In this document: positions 15,638 through 24,928 of the stretch, piece after piece | Numbering within the stretch: position 1 is the first letter of the stretch | Layout of the letters: the number at the start of each line of letters is the position of its first letter | Source of the DNA: an uncultured Candidatus Saccharibacteria bacterium | GTDB lineage: Bacteria; Patescibacteriota; Saccharimonadia; Saccharimonadales; JAGQNJ01 | DNA: 64,000 nucleotides | Direction: 5' to 3' | Assembly: GCA_964493895.1 (NCBI GenBank) | Contig: CAZBPY010000004.1 | Coordinates: forward strand, 13,271-77,270 | The notes under the pieces: generated by a model | Databases searched by the model: none | What the model was told of the DNA's origin: nothing | Seen by the model: the letters and a program-made list of their open reading frames with translations, nothing else | Translations under genes and position numbers: made by a program

Positions 15638-16686
15638 AAGTACCTGCCCAGGACAAACAGCGCCACACCGGCCACACCGGCCACCTGCCCCAGAATCCAG
15701 AACCGCATGGTGACCTTGGTTTCTGGCCAACCAATAGCCTCAAAGTGATGATGGAGCGGCGATATCTTAAACAGTTTCTTGCCATTGCGCAGCTTCTTGG
15801 AAATAATTTGCAGAATAACCGACCCGGTCTCGGCTACAAAAACAATGCCAATTACCGGCAACACCCAAACTGTATCTGTAATCATGGCCACAACGCCTAG
15901 GGCTGTCCCTAGGGCGAACGATCCGATGTCCCCCATAAAGAAGCGGGCTGGATAGACGTTAAACCAGGTATAGCTCAACAAAGCTCCGACTATGCTCAAG
16001 CAGAATCCAGCAACTCCATAGCGGGCTTGAATAAAGGCTACGACAGCGTAGGCACCGAAGGCAATGGCCGATAAGCCGCCAGCTAAGCCGTCTAGGCCAT
16101 CGGTAATATTTACGGCGTTAGCGGTAGCTACCACCACCAACACGAATAGAGGCACAATTAGCCATCCCAAAGCTAATTCGCTGCCGCCCGGCAAACTGAT
16201 ACTGGTGACGTCCAGCTTGGCAAAAAAGTACCAGCCACCAATTAAAGCTATCAGGGTGGTCATCAACAGTTTTAACTTCGATGGCAAGCCAGCCACGCCC
16301 TGCCCCAATCCACGTATGTTGATAATGTCATCCAGCAAGCCAACGAATCCGGCTCCGACAAAGGCCGCCAACGGTAGCCAGGTTTCACTTCGGCTGATAT
16401 TCAGCGCCAAAGTTACCAGGGCCACGCTAACCACAAAAATCAGTCCGGCCATGGTTGGAATATGACGATCGTGCTTTTTGGCATGCAATTTAGTGAAAAC
16501 CTTGGCGATTTGCCCGGTCAAAGTCGTTGTCCGCGGCTTTTTCCACCACTCATATTTATAGGCAAACCAGGAAAAAACAGGGGTCAGCAACATACTCAGC
16601 ATGAAAGTTGCTATGCCCAAGCCTAAAATTCGCAGCAAGGTGTTGGTCTCAATAACTAGCTCTAGAGTTTCATGCATAGTTGTCAT
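15634..16686 (-). CDS. mraY: Phospho-N-acetylmuramoyl-pentapeptide transferase
   Basis: DDIINIRG, NAVNITDGLDGLA and FMGDIGSFALG motifs. 350 aa. Confidence 0.95.
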   Translation of the reverse strand: MTTMHETLELVIETNTLLRILGLGIATFMLSMLLTPVFSWFAYKYEWWKKPRTTTLTGQIAKVFTKLHAKKHDRHIPTMAGLIFVVSVALVTLALNISRSETWLPLAAFVGAGFVGLLDDIINIRGLGQGVAGLPSKLKLLMTTLIALIGGWYFFAKLDVTSISLPGGSELALGWLIVPLFVLVVVATANAVNITDGLDGLAGGLSAIAFGAYAVVAFIQARYGVAGFCLSIVGALLSYTWFNVYPARFFMGDIGSFALGTALGVVAMITDTVWVLPVIGIVFVAETGSVILQIISKKLRNGKKLFKISPLHHHFEAIGWPETKVTMRFWILGQVAGVAGVALFVLGRYL

Positions 16687-16695
16687 TATTATACC

Positions 16696-18471
16696 TCACG
16701 AGCCTTTCGGAGACACTGCAAAATTATTGATTAGCATTTGAGCTGCTGCCGAGAAAATTGGTCCAGCTGCTCGGGATCCGGCGTAACCGGGCAAGCCCGG
16801 CTCATCGACTCTAACCACTATTACATACTCAATCCTATCGCCGCCGACAAAACCCATGAACATACCATTGTATTTATCTTCATAATAGCCGCCGTCCGGC
16901 CGGGGAATCTGGGCTGTGCCGGTTTTGCCGCCAATACTATAGTTGCCTGGTAGATTTCTCCAGCCATAAACTACATGATTGGTTTGCATGACTCGCTGCA
17001 TAAAATCGCGGATGGTCTCTGAAACGCTTGGACTTACAACATCTCGGACAGCGACCCCTGGTTTAGTCACCTGTTCTTGTCCATCCGGCAGAATCACTTT
17101 ATCAACCAGGTGCGGACGATAATAGGTGCCGCCGTTGAGGACGGCTGAAATAGCTCCTCCAACCTGCAGCGGTGTCGCCGACATTCCCTGGCCAAAGGCG
17201 GTATTGGCATACTGGATATCTAATCCAAAGCCTTCGGTTGGACTTGGGATTATGCCGGCCTGCTCGTAACCTTGCTCTACCCCGGTTGGTTTGCCAAATC
17301 GGTAATGATTAGTCATGTAGTCATACCAAGTTGTTCGAGCTTTCTCGTTAATCTGGCCGCCACCCATCTGCATTAATAACCAGGCTGCTCCGGTGTTTAG
17401 CGACATCGTCAAAATATCAGCCACGCTGCGAGTGCCAGCGCCGCGGACCTCCTCAACATTAGTAATTTCCTTATTATCAATTTTAAGTATCCCGGGATCG
17501 TAATAAGTCGTGTCCGGTTTAACCGAGCCGCTGTCCAGCGCCGCGGCTGTGGTTAGGGGCTTCATGACCGAACCAATTTCCAACGGACTACTGACCGAAG
17601 AGTTATTGAAAACCGCTCCATCCTCAACTTTAAAAAACTCGGCTGGATTATAGGTTGGGTAGTTAGCCATGGCTTTAATGGCCCCGGTGTTAGGATCCAT
17701 CACCAAAATGCTGCCGGACTTCGACCGAGCCTGATCCAACCCTGCTTTGAGAATATTCTCCAAATGACGCTGCATCGGTACATCAATGGTTAAAACAACC
17801 TCCTCGCCCGCCACTGGATCAATAATTACGTTGTCACTATTAGCCGCCAAGGGCACGCCCTTAGCATCAGTTATAGCTTTCAGTTGCCCGGGTGTGCCCC
17901 GCAAATCTTCATCGAGGGCTTGCTCGACACCATACTTACCCTCGCCTTCATCATTGACAAAACCCAGTACTTGAGCCGCCAGTGACCCCTGGGGATAAAC
18001 TCGCTGCGACTGCGCTCGAGTGCCAACACCTTTAATTTCCAACTCGGCAATAGCATCTGCCTGATCCCGCGTCAATTTCTTGGCTAGAATGGCATAGCGG
18101 GTGTCTGCCTGCATCTTTTCCTCATACTCAGTGGCGTTACCGCCGATAAGTTTGGCGACCTTTTCGGCCGCGTCCTGTGGATTGCGAACAAACTTTGGGT
18201 CGGCAAACAAAGTAAACCGCTCCTCATTTAAGACCAACGGCACCACCTTATCGCCATCATGAGCCATAATAGTGCCGCGCTCTGGCGGCACTTCGTATTC
18301 CTTAAACTGACCGGCCAAAGCCATATCGTGGTAATAACTGTGACGAATCACCTGTAAATAAAAAAGTCGCACCAAAATCAAACCAAACACTATCAGCACC
18401 AGAACGTACCAACTGCGGGCTCGGGTCAGAATATGCGGCCTTTTAGGGGTTTTTAGCGAAACTGGCGGCAT
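16696..18471 (-). CDS. ftsI: Class B penicillin-binding protein / FtsI-type transpeptidase
   Basis: N-terminal TM. SxxK (GSVMKP), SxN (MSLNTG) and KTG (GGKTGTA) motifs. 591 aa. Confidence 0.92.
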   Translation of the reverse strand: MPPVSLKTPKRPHILTRARSWYVLVLIVFGLILVRLFYLQVIRHSYYHDMALAGQFKEYEVPPERGTIMAHDGDKVVPLVLNEERFTLFADPKFVRNPQDAAEKVAKLIGGNATEYEEKMQADTRYAILAKKLTRDQADAIAELEIKGVGTRAQSQRVYPQGSLAAQVLGFVNDEGEGKYGVEQALDEDLRGTPGQLKAITDAKGVPLAANSDNVIIDPVAGEEVVLTIDVPMQRHLENILKAGLDQARSKSGSILVMDPNTGAIKAMANYPTYNPAEFFKVEDGAVFNNSSVSSPLEIGSVMKPLTTAAALDSGSVKPDTTYYDPGILKIDNKEITNVEEVRGAGTRSVADILTMSLNTGAAWLLMQMGGGQINEKARTTWYDYMTNHYRFGKPTGVEQGYEQAGIIPSPTEGFGLDIQYANTAFGQGMSATPLQVGGAISAVLNGGTYYRPHLVDKVILPDGQEQVTKPGVAVRDVVSPSVSETIRDFMQRVMQTNHVVYGWRNLPGNYSIGGKTGTAQIPRPDGGYYEDKYNGMFMGFVGGDRIEYVIVVRVDEPGLPGYAGSRAAGPIFSAAAQMLINNFAVSPKGS

Positions 18472-18483
18472 ACCACTATTCTA

Positions 18484-18864
18484 CTACTGATTGATAGTTC
18501 CGGTTGGGACTACACTAACTAGGTTTTTAGCCGGGTCACTGTTTTGGACGCGGTCCAAAGCCTGCAACCGGGCTGAAGCCACCTCAAGCTCGGCATGTTC
18601 CTGCCGCAATTCGGTCTGCTGCCGATTCAAATCGTTGATCTGGTAACCATAGCTGTTGGTTTTAGTCACCTGGGTTAAATACAGCAGCCCAAGCAGACAG
18701 GCCAAGACAATCAAAATAATGGTGTTGCTAACCGGGCCAATTCCCTTTTTGGATGAGCGGAAGCTGGTGGTATTTTGGTTTCTTTGACCAAATCGGGTCG
18801 ATCGGCCGAGAGCAATGCTGCTGGAGTATGTCATATTTTTCCTTTTTTGTTTTTGGTGGGGCAA
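18484..18864 (-). CDS. ftsL: FtsL/DivIC-like division protein (TM plus coiled coil)
   Basis: TM IILIVLACLLGLLYL followed by the heptad-like NDLNRQQTELRQEHAELEVASARLQAL. Positioned between rsmH and ftsI. Confidence 0.55.
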   Translation of the reverse strand: MPHQKQKRKNMTYSSSIALGRSTRFGQRNQNTTSFRSSKKGIGPVSNTIILIVLACLLGLLYLTQVTKTNSYGYQINDLNRQQTELRQEHAELEVASARLQALDRVQNSDPAKNLVSVVPTGTINQ

Positions 18865-18943
18865 GCGGCTCAGCCGCCCACCCCGGGCGTCGACGCTAAG
18901 TTTCGTTTAGAGAACTTTAACGCGGACTTTGTATGTTCGGGAG

Positions 18944-19897
18944 CTACCTTTTACCGTAATTGGCATTAGTCGTTCCCCTTCCTGTGTTTATTTTTACGGC
19001 GGCTCGCAGTTTGGCACTACGGGCTCGCGGGTTTAAAACTAGTTCAGTCGTCGTGGCTGTAACCGGCTTCTTGGTTAGAACTTCCAGTTCAGCATCATAT
19101 CGTTTGCCGCCATGCTCAGCCAAAAATTGCTTGACCAGGCGGTCTTCCAGGCTGTGAAAGCTAATGATAGCTATCCTGCCTCCTGGCCTCAGTAACTTCA
19201 GCCACAGGGGCAAGGCCCGCTCTAGCTGACCCAGCTCATCGTTAACAGCAATTCTCAGAGCTTGAAAGGTCTTAGTTGCCGGATGAGTTTTACGCCACTT
19301 ACTGCGCAGAGCTTTTTCAACCACCCCAGCCAACTGTTTGGTTGAACTGATCGGCCGAGCCTCTACGATGGACCGGGCAATCCGCCGAGCTCGAGACTCT
19401 TCCCCGTACTCGCGTACGATCCGGACTAATTCACCTTCTGGATAGTCGTTTACGATCTGCTCGGCAGTCAGCGCCTGGGTCTGATCCATGCGCATGTCCA
19501 GCTTGGCATCTTCTGTAAACGAAAAGCCACGACTATTATTGTCAAGGTGCGGTGAACTGACTCCGAGGTCAGCCACGATGATATCGAACTGCTCACCTTC
19601 TTCAACCAGGACCCGGGCAGAGTCCGCGAAGTTATCGTGGACTATTTTGACCGGCCGGCCGCTAAAAGTTGCTTGCAATTCTTTGACAGCCAGAAGGTCA
19701 CGGTCGACCAGCACGCTGCCGCTATCAGTTAAGGTTCGTTCCAATATTGCCCTGGCGTGTCCGCCGTAGCCGGCAGTAGCGTCCAAAAGGGTTTCCCCTT
19801 TGACGGGCTGCAGCGCATCGATAACAGCGTCAAGCAGTACTGGAATATGTTTTTGGTGATCTTTTTGTTTCATTTTTTTGTTTTGTTTCAAAGTCAC
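18944..19897 (-). CDS. rsmH: 16S rRNA (cytosine1402-N4)-methyltransferase
   Basis: HIPVLLDAV, DATAGYGGH, ADLGVSSPHLD, ISFHSLEDRLVK. GTG start per the ORF track; an alternative ATG lies at 19873. Confidence 0.93.
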   Translation of the reverse strand: MTLKQNKKMKQKDHQKHIPVLLDAVIDALQPVKGETLLDATAGYGGHARAILERTLTDSGSVLVDRDLLAVKELQATFSGRPVKIVHDNFADSARVLVEEGEQFDIIVADLGVSSPHLDNNSRGFSFTEDAKLDMRMDQTQALTAEQIVNDYPEGELVRIVREYGEESRARRIARSIVEARPISSTKQLAGVVEKALRSKWRKTHPATKTFQALRIAVNDELGQLERALPLWLKLLRPGGRIAIISFHSLEDRLVKQFLAEHGGKRYDAELEVLTKKPVTATTTELVLNPRARSAKLRAAVKINTGRGTTNANYGKR

Positions 19898-20171
19898 CTA
19901 ATCAGCAGTCAACATTTTTGTTTTTAGATATGTTTTTGTTTTTGTTTCCAAGCGTTTTTAAAGTGAAAGTGATTTGACTGGTTTTCCCTAGTTACCCATT
20001 GAAGACCGTATGTCGAACCGCTTTCTAAAAACCCTTGTTTGAGAGACTTTTGTGTGAGGTGGAGTTTTGGGAGGTGTTTTTCCTAAAGGTACCAGGGTTA
20101 TTAGCGTGGTTTTGCCTTGTCCCACGTGTTGACTGCCAAATAGCTGACTTTGACCTAAGTTGTTAATGTTC

Positions 20172-20528
20172 TTAACTAGCGCTGATACGCCAGTATTTGC
20201 CAGCTCTTACCGCTGTTACTGCTCGGTCGATACCAGCAAAATCCAGCAGATGCTGTTCAAAACTGATTCGACCTTGCTTGCGATCAAGCACTGCCACAGA
20301 CTTGCCCATTCGAAACTGAACGTTCAGATCGGCCGTTTTTTCGTCCAGGATATTGCCCTGCAACTGCGGCTCAACCAGCTCGTCCCACACTGCTTTGGGA
20401 TACAGGTGGAGATAATTCCGAAAACCTCTGGTGATAACTACCCCGCTAGCAAACTCAGATCGAAGTTCGGTCGGTATGGTTAACCGCCGCTTGTCGTCGA
20501 GTCTCCTTTCGAAATAGTCCACCGCCAT
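20172..20528 (-). CDS. mraZ: Transcriptional regulator MraZ
   Basis: Two DxxxR/GR-type repeats (DDKRRLTIP and DRKQGRISF). 118 aa. First gene of the dcw cluster. Confidence 0.85.
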   Translation of the reverse strand: MAVDYFERRLDDKRRLTIPTELRSEFASGVVITRGFRNYLHLYPKAVWDELVEPQLQGNILDEKTADLNVQFRMGKSVAVLDRKQGRISFEQHLLDFAGIDRAVTAVRAGKYWRISAS

Positions 20529-20592
20529 TGGATATAGGCCAGTCCTTTGCTTTTATATGTTCTCGTGGTTTTTGTTTTGTGTTTGTGTGGTA

Positions 20593-20639
20593 ACCCACGT
20601 TGACCCACTGCCAACAGCATACTACCCACCACTACCCAC
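20593..20639 (-). promoter_or_regulatory. Putative MraZ operator: four GTGGGT boxes upstream of mraZ
   Basis: ACCCAC on the + strand at 20593, 20603, 20624 and 20634. The spacings of 10, 21 and 10 bp put all four boxes on one helix face. They overlap a candidate TTGATT-18-TATGCT promoter on the minus strand. Confidence 0.5.
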
Positions 20640-20695
20640 AATCAAGGGGTTTTAGTGACGATTTTCCCTATTTATCCACAGTTTTGACATATTAC

Positions 20696-20735
20696 AAAAC
20701 CCCTACGCTACATGTAGTGTGCAGGGGTTTGTTTT
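20696..20735. terminator. Bidirectional intrinsic terminator between the orphan gene and the mraZ promoter
   Basis: AAAA CCCCT(18-nt loop containing the CTACATGTAG palindrome)AGGGG TTTGTTTT. Confidence 0.55.
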
Positions 20736-20747
20736 ATACGCTAGAGC

Positions 20748-21377
20748 TTACTGGCCTTGAGTCGTGGCCTCAACCTGACCGTAGACTGTCGGATCGACAC
20801 CCTCTGGAGCGGCCGGTACAGTTCCGGTACTGCCCAATCGTCGTTGTTCATCAGTTTCTGGGCTTCCGTCGGTTTGACCTCCAATAACTCTATCCAGAGC
20901 ATTATTGGTGCTCTCAACAACGTTGCCAACACTTTCGATGACCTGACCGGGAGTAGCCGCTCCCGTCGCAACAGCACCGCCAACGCCGAGTGTTGCAGCA
21001 CCTGTCACAGCTAGACCAGCTACAGCCGCCCGGCCGGCAACAGATTTAACTTTTGCTCGCCGATTTTCCCTTCGCTGCAGGACGTCTTTGTTATCTTCCA
21101 GCCATTGAGCCCTATCAGCATCCTGTTGTTCTTGAATCTCATTATGTCGTTTTGGATATGGGCCAATTTCTTTTGCCGAACTATAGGACTTGCCACTGCC
21201 AATCAGAGGCTTCTTGTCCGTCGCCGACTCTACTTCAGGCACTAATTCGGCCTTGGCTCTTTGGACGTTTTTTGGATGCGTAGGATCACTTTCCAGTCTG
21301 GTTACTGCTTGAACAGGATGGCGAACAACAGCTTTAAGGGGTTGAAATCGACTTTGTGTATTGTCTATATTTGGCAT
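20748..21377 (-). CDS. Hypothetical protein with a Gly/Ala/Thr/Val-rich segment
   Basis: 209-aa ORF co-oriented with its neighbours and followed by a terminator. No motif recognised. Confidence 0.5.
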   Translation of the reverse strand: MPNIDNTQSRFQPLKAVVRHPVQAVTRLESDPTHPKNVQRAKAELVPEVESATDKKPLIGSGKSYSSAKEIGPYPKRHNEIQEQQDADRAQWLEDNKDVLQRRENRRAKVKSVAGRAAVAGLAVTGAATLGVGGAVATGAATPGQVIESVGNVVESTNNALDRVIGGQTDGSPETDEQRRLGSTGTVPAAPEGVDPTVYGQVEATTQGQ

Positions 21378-21425
21378 AACTGTTATATAATAGCAAACAT
21401 AAGCACTTTTGTCAATATTGGGGTG

Positions 21426-22691
21426 TTATTTAGTTTTCCGGCGGACTGAAATTTCCTTAGCGAACCATTTGGCTGATGGCCGTATTTCACGCTGCATACC
21501 CTGCTGGCGGTTGACACTGATTAAGCCAAACTTTGGCCACCATCCATAAGCCCACTCAAAGTTATCCAGCAGGCTCCAATGCAGATAACCTCGCACTTGG
21601 ACACCTTCGCTGAGAGCTTTCTCCATGGCAATAATCGTTTCTTCCAACCACCACTGGCGATACTGATCTTGCTCATCGGCTACACCGTTCTCAGCCACAA
21701 TAATTGGCTTGCGGTAATGCGCCCAGACGCGCATCAGCAGCGGATATAGCCCCTCGGGTTCCATATACCAACCTAGGTCATTAACCGGTACGGCCGGGTT
21801 GTCCCGCCGAAAGTTTTTATAATAATCAGTAAAGTAATAATTAAAGCCAACAAAATCCTGCTGGCGCCGAATCCGATTCAAAAACCACCAGTTCCAATAG
21901 TAGCGCATCCATTTGGTAGAGATCGAATCAATCAGATTGTGCGGCCGCTTGGCCTGAATATTAGCCAGCTGGGCAGCGATGCCAACCATGAGGCTAGGAT
22001 TTTTGTGCTTTAGAATCCTATAGGCTTTTTTATGAGCCCGAATCAGGTTGCAATAGACTAAAAAGGCCTTCGGCCAATTGCGCTCGTTCGGCGGCCACTC
22101 CCCCGCTCCATAACCAAAACCGACATAAACATTAGGTTCGTTCAGGGTAATAATGTAGGTCAGGTCTTCACTATACTCGTCAGCAATTTTCTGAACAAAC
22201 CGCTCAAAATCCTTAATATTGTCTCTTTTTGCAAAGCCGCCCTTATCGGTGAACCAGGTCGGCATCGTCCAGTGCCAGATGTTTAAAAACGGCTCCAGGC
22301 CTAAGGCCCGCATCTCACGAATATACTGGCGGTAGTGTTCGATTTCCTTTTCGTCCCATTTGCCTGGGCGAGGTTCGATACGCGACCATTCAATGCCAAA
22401 CCGAAAAGCATTCAGATTCAATTTCTTGGCCAGTTTAAAGTCCTCTTTATACATCTGGTAATGCCGAACGCCGCGGCCGGAAACATAGTTGTCCGGGTCC
22501 TCGGCTGACTTTTTGATATCTTCCCAACCCGGCAGCCACCCCAGGCGCTGATGAGCCGTTTTGGCCAAGTCTTTGGCATGGGCCAGTTCCCACACTGACC
22601 ACTGGTTATCGGTGCCGCCCTCAACCTGGTGCGAGGCTGTAGAGGCTCCCCAAAAGAAATTCGGCGGAAATTGATTCTTGTATTTATCCAT
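21426..22691 (-). CDS. Glycoside hydrolase family 1 beta-glucosidase
   Basis: FPPNFFWGASTASHQVEG. Acid/base TLNEP. Nucleophile VAENG. 421 aa. Confidence 0.92.
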   Translation of the reverse strand: MDKYKNQFPPNFFWGASTASHQVEGGTDNQWSVWELAHAKDLAKTAHQRLGWLPGWEDIKKSAEDPDNYVSGRGVRHYQMYKEDFKLAKKLNLNAFRFGIEWSRIEPRPGKWDEKEIEHYRQYIREMRALGLEPFLNIWHWTMPTWFTDKGGFAKRDNIKDFERFVQKIADEYSEDLTYIITLNEPNVYVGFGYGAGEWPPNERNWPKAFLVYCNLIRAHKKAYRILKHKNPSLMVGIAAQLANIQAKRPHNLIDSISTKWMRYYWNWWFLNRIRRQQDFVGFNYYFTDYYKNFRRDNPAVPVNDLGWYMEPEGLYPLLMRVWAHYRKPIIVAENGVADEQDQYRQWWLEETIIAMEKALSEGVQVRGYLHWSLLDNFEWAYGWWPKFGLISVNRQQGMQREIRPSAKWFAKEISVRRKTK

Positions 22692-22835
22692 AAGCGCTTC
22701 TTGGCCTATTGTACCAGGCTTATAGCCGATTCAGAGGATATCGACTTTTTTGGCGGCTTTGTATGACCAGCTAGCCAGGCGGTTGAATTTAGCACCGCGC
22801 GCCGTTCTTAAGAAATCCTTCAAATCTTTCTGGGA

Positions 22836-23558
22836 CTAACGGTATTCAGGGTTTTCAAAGTCGAATCGTTCGCCCTTATCCCATTTGCTGCGCTGGTTGC
22901 CGCCAACTGGAAAACCGCCGGCATCCTTCAACAATCGAGCCAAGTGCATCAAGTTCCAGGTCATGAAGGTGGTATTTCGATTAGTAAAATCATTGTCCAA
23001 TCCTGCCCTAGAGCCATCATCCAATTTGTCGCCATAGCTTGGTCCGGGCCCGGCTTCGCCTATCCAGCCGGCATCGGCTTGCGGCGGAATTGTAAAACCG
23101 ATGTGCCCCAAACTGTAGAGCACATTCATGGCGCAGTGTTTGACTCCGTCTTCGTTGCCGGTGATCAAGCAGCCGCCCACTCGGCCATAAAAGTCATACT
23201 GCCCTTCTTTGTTAAGCTCGCCGGAATGTCCATACAGCCGCTCGATAACTTTCTTCATTTCAGAAGAATTATCTCCCAGCCAAATCGGCCCACAAAGCAC
23301 TAAAATGTCAGCGGCCAGAATCTGCCTTAAGATGGCCGGCCACTCATCTTTGGCCACACCATGCTCGGTCATATCATCATAAACACCCTGAGGGATATCG
23401 TGGTCAATGGCTCGGATGACAGTAGTCTTTACTCCCTGTTTGTCCATGATCCGGCGACTGACTTCAATCAGCTTTTCAGTGTGGCTCTCATCCGGACTGC
23501 GCTTTAGGGTGCAGTTGATATACACCGCTTTTAAATCGCGAAAATCTTTCACAGCCAT
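22836..23558 (-). CDS. Flavodoxin-like fold NAD(P)H-dependent FMN reductase family protein
   Basis: VYINCTLKRS at the N-terminus, ADILVLCGPIWLG, and an overall length and pattern typical of multimeric flavodoxin/WrbA-like reductases. Confidence 0.65.
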   Translation of the reverse strand: MAVKDFRDLKAVYINCTLKRSPDESHTEKLIEVSRRIMDKQGVKTTVIRAIDHDIPQGVYDDMTEHGVAKDEWPAILRQILAADILVLCGPIWLGDNSSEMKKVIERLYGHSGELNKEGQYDFYGRVGGCLITGNEDGVKHCAMNVLYSLGHIGFTIPPQADAGWIGEAGPGPSYGDKLDDGSRAGLDNDFTNRNTTFMTWNLMHLARLLKDAGGFPVGGNQRSKWDKGERFDFENPEYR

Positions 23559-23595
23559 ACTGCCATTATGCCCCCATGTTAGGGTATAAGTCCAG

Positions 23596-24831
23596 TCATT
23601 TCACGGCTGACATTTGAATCTTTAAATTCTGTGGAGCGTCTTTACCAAAGCGTGTCTGCCAGTACTCCTGGATCCCACTATCTTCAAGTTTATCTTTTCG
23701 AGCCTTAGCTCTGTCATGATTTTCTCTTGCCTCAGTAATTATATCTGATACATCTTCTTTTGTTTCTGAAAACTTATTCTCTAGGCGAAACGGCGATTCA
23801 GCTTTTAATACGACTACAAAGGTGACCTCAGGATACTTATCGACTAGCTCGGCCATTTCTGACGAAAGTGTACCGCTTGTACCAAAACCATCCGGCAATC
23901 TGACAGTCAGAGGAACTCCAGGTGCTCTTTCCGACACATCCTTGATAAGATGCTCTATATCTTCAACTTTGGACCAGGCTTTTTCTCCTTGTTGGCTAGG
24001 CTGTTCTTGACTTGCAACATCTACCGTTATGGACTCAATGTCGGATAGCTTTATACCTCCTTGAATTTGGGCCTCTGTGTAGTAATCTCTACGGGCCCCA
24101 GGTGTATATTCGGCGACCTCTCGTGCCGTCTCCATTTTGACCGCATCTCTAAAGCCCATCAGCCGGCTGCCTCCGGAAGTGGGACTTACGCTATCACCGA
24201 TTGTAAAGGTTGATCGCTCAGATACTTCAGGCTTTAAAATAATTGTTGCATCTCCGTAACCACTGGCTATGCCCCCACCCACATTACCTTGCCTCTCTAA
24301 AGTTGTATCTGTCAAATAGCCGTAAGAAATATCCTCTTCTCCTGGTTCAGGTGCAATTCCAAGCTTCCTCTCGGCTTGCACACGTGTTGATAGGCCTTTT
24401 GTCCCACCATACCCGGCTTCGAACTGTGATTTCTTTCTACCCTCCTCTAGCATGCCCTCCAACCCATATCGAGGTAAGTTAATGGCAATCCGCATGGCTG
24501 GCTCCCTGACTTCAGCTGTAGATACAACACCTTCGGATTGCTCTTGGCTCAAATTGAATCTTTGGGCGATTTCTGCTGCATCAACCTCTGGTGAATGCTC
24601 TAACAGCTCTTCTACTTTCTGCGAAGGTGGCTTCACTACGCTACCCTCAAGAGACACACTCCCTGTCTCTTTGGCGACCTTGACTATGTCCTCTTGATCA
24701 GTTGTTTCTGGATTTTGCAAGGCATAAGGAGCTAGATCGCCAGCTTCTATCATTGGGTTGGGGCTGTATTCCAATGTTTGAACCATTGTCATGGGATCCT
24801 GTGCTGGTTCTAGTTCGAGAGTTGCGGGCAT
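23596..24831 (-). CDS. Hypothetical acidic protein (orphan, 411 aa)
   Basis: Long ORF with its own promoter (24875-24903). No domain confidently recognised. Confidence 0.6.
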   Translation of the reverse strand: MPATLELEPAQDPMTMVQTLEYSPNPMIEAGDLAPYALQNPETTDQEDIVKVAKETGSVSLEGSVVKPPSQKVEELLEHSPEVDAAEIAQRFNLSQEQSEGVVSTAEVREPAMRIAINLPRYGLEGMLEEGRKKSQFEAGYGGTKGLSTRVQAERKLGIAPEPGEEDISYGYLTDTTLERQGNVGGGIASGYGDATIILKPEVSERSTFTIGDSVSPTSGGSRLMGFRDAVKMETAREVAEYTPGARRDYYTEAQIQGGIKLSDIESITVDVASQEQPSQQGEKAWSKVEDIEHLIKDVSERAPGVPLTVRLPDGFGTSGTLSSEMAELVDKYPEVTFVVVLKAESPFRLENKFSETKEDVSDIITEARENHDRAKARKDKLEDSGIQEYWQTRFGKDAPQNLKIQMSAVK

Positions 24832-24874
24832 ATTTTTATTCTTTGTTTTATTACTTGAATAACACTACTTTAGT

Positions 24875-24903
24875 ATTGTAGCATTTTTTTGTAACTTTTG
24901 CAA
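24875..24903 (-). promoter_or_regulatory. Sigma-70-type promoter for the 411-aa orphan gene
   Basis: Minus strand TTGCAA (24903-24898), 17 nt, TACAAT (24880-24875). Flanked by the 9-bp inverted repeat TAACACTAC (24860-24868) / GTAGTGTTA (24919-24927). Confidence 0.5.
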
Positions 24904-24928
24904 TATAAACGTCGTGTTGTAGTGTTAA

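Noticed and set aside
15638-15730. The 31-codon N-terminal extension of the FtsW ORF (MARNQGHH...).
   Set aside because: It lies wholly inside the 3-prime end of mraY in another frame. The ATG at 15637 forms an ATGA overlap with the mraY stop and is followed shortly by the first TM segment. I chose the shorter start.
20672-20680. A perfect DnaA box, TTATCCACA, upstream of mraZ.
   Set aside because: It is a single isolated 9-mer inside a promoter/terminator region. One perfect match in 64 kb is within what chance can produce, so I do not call it a feature.
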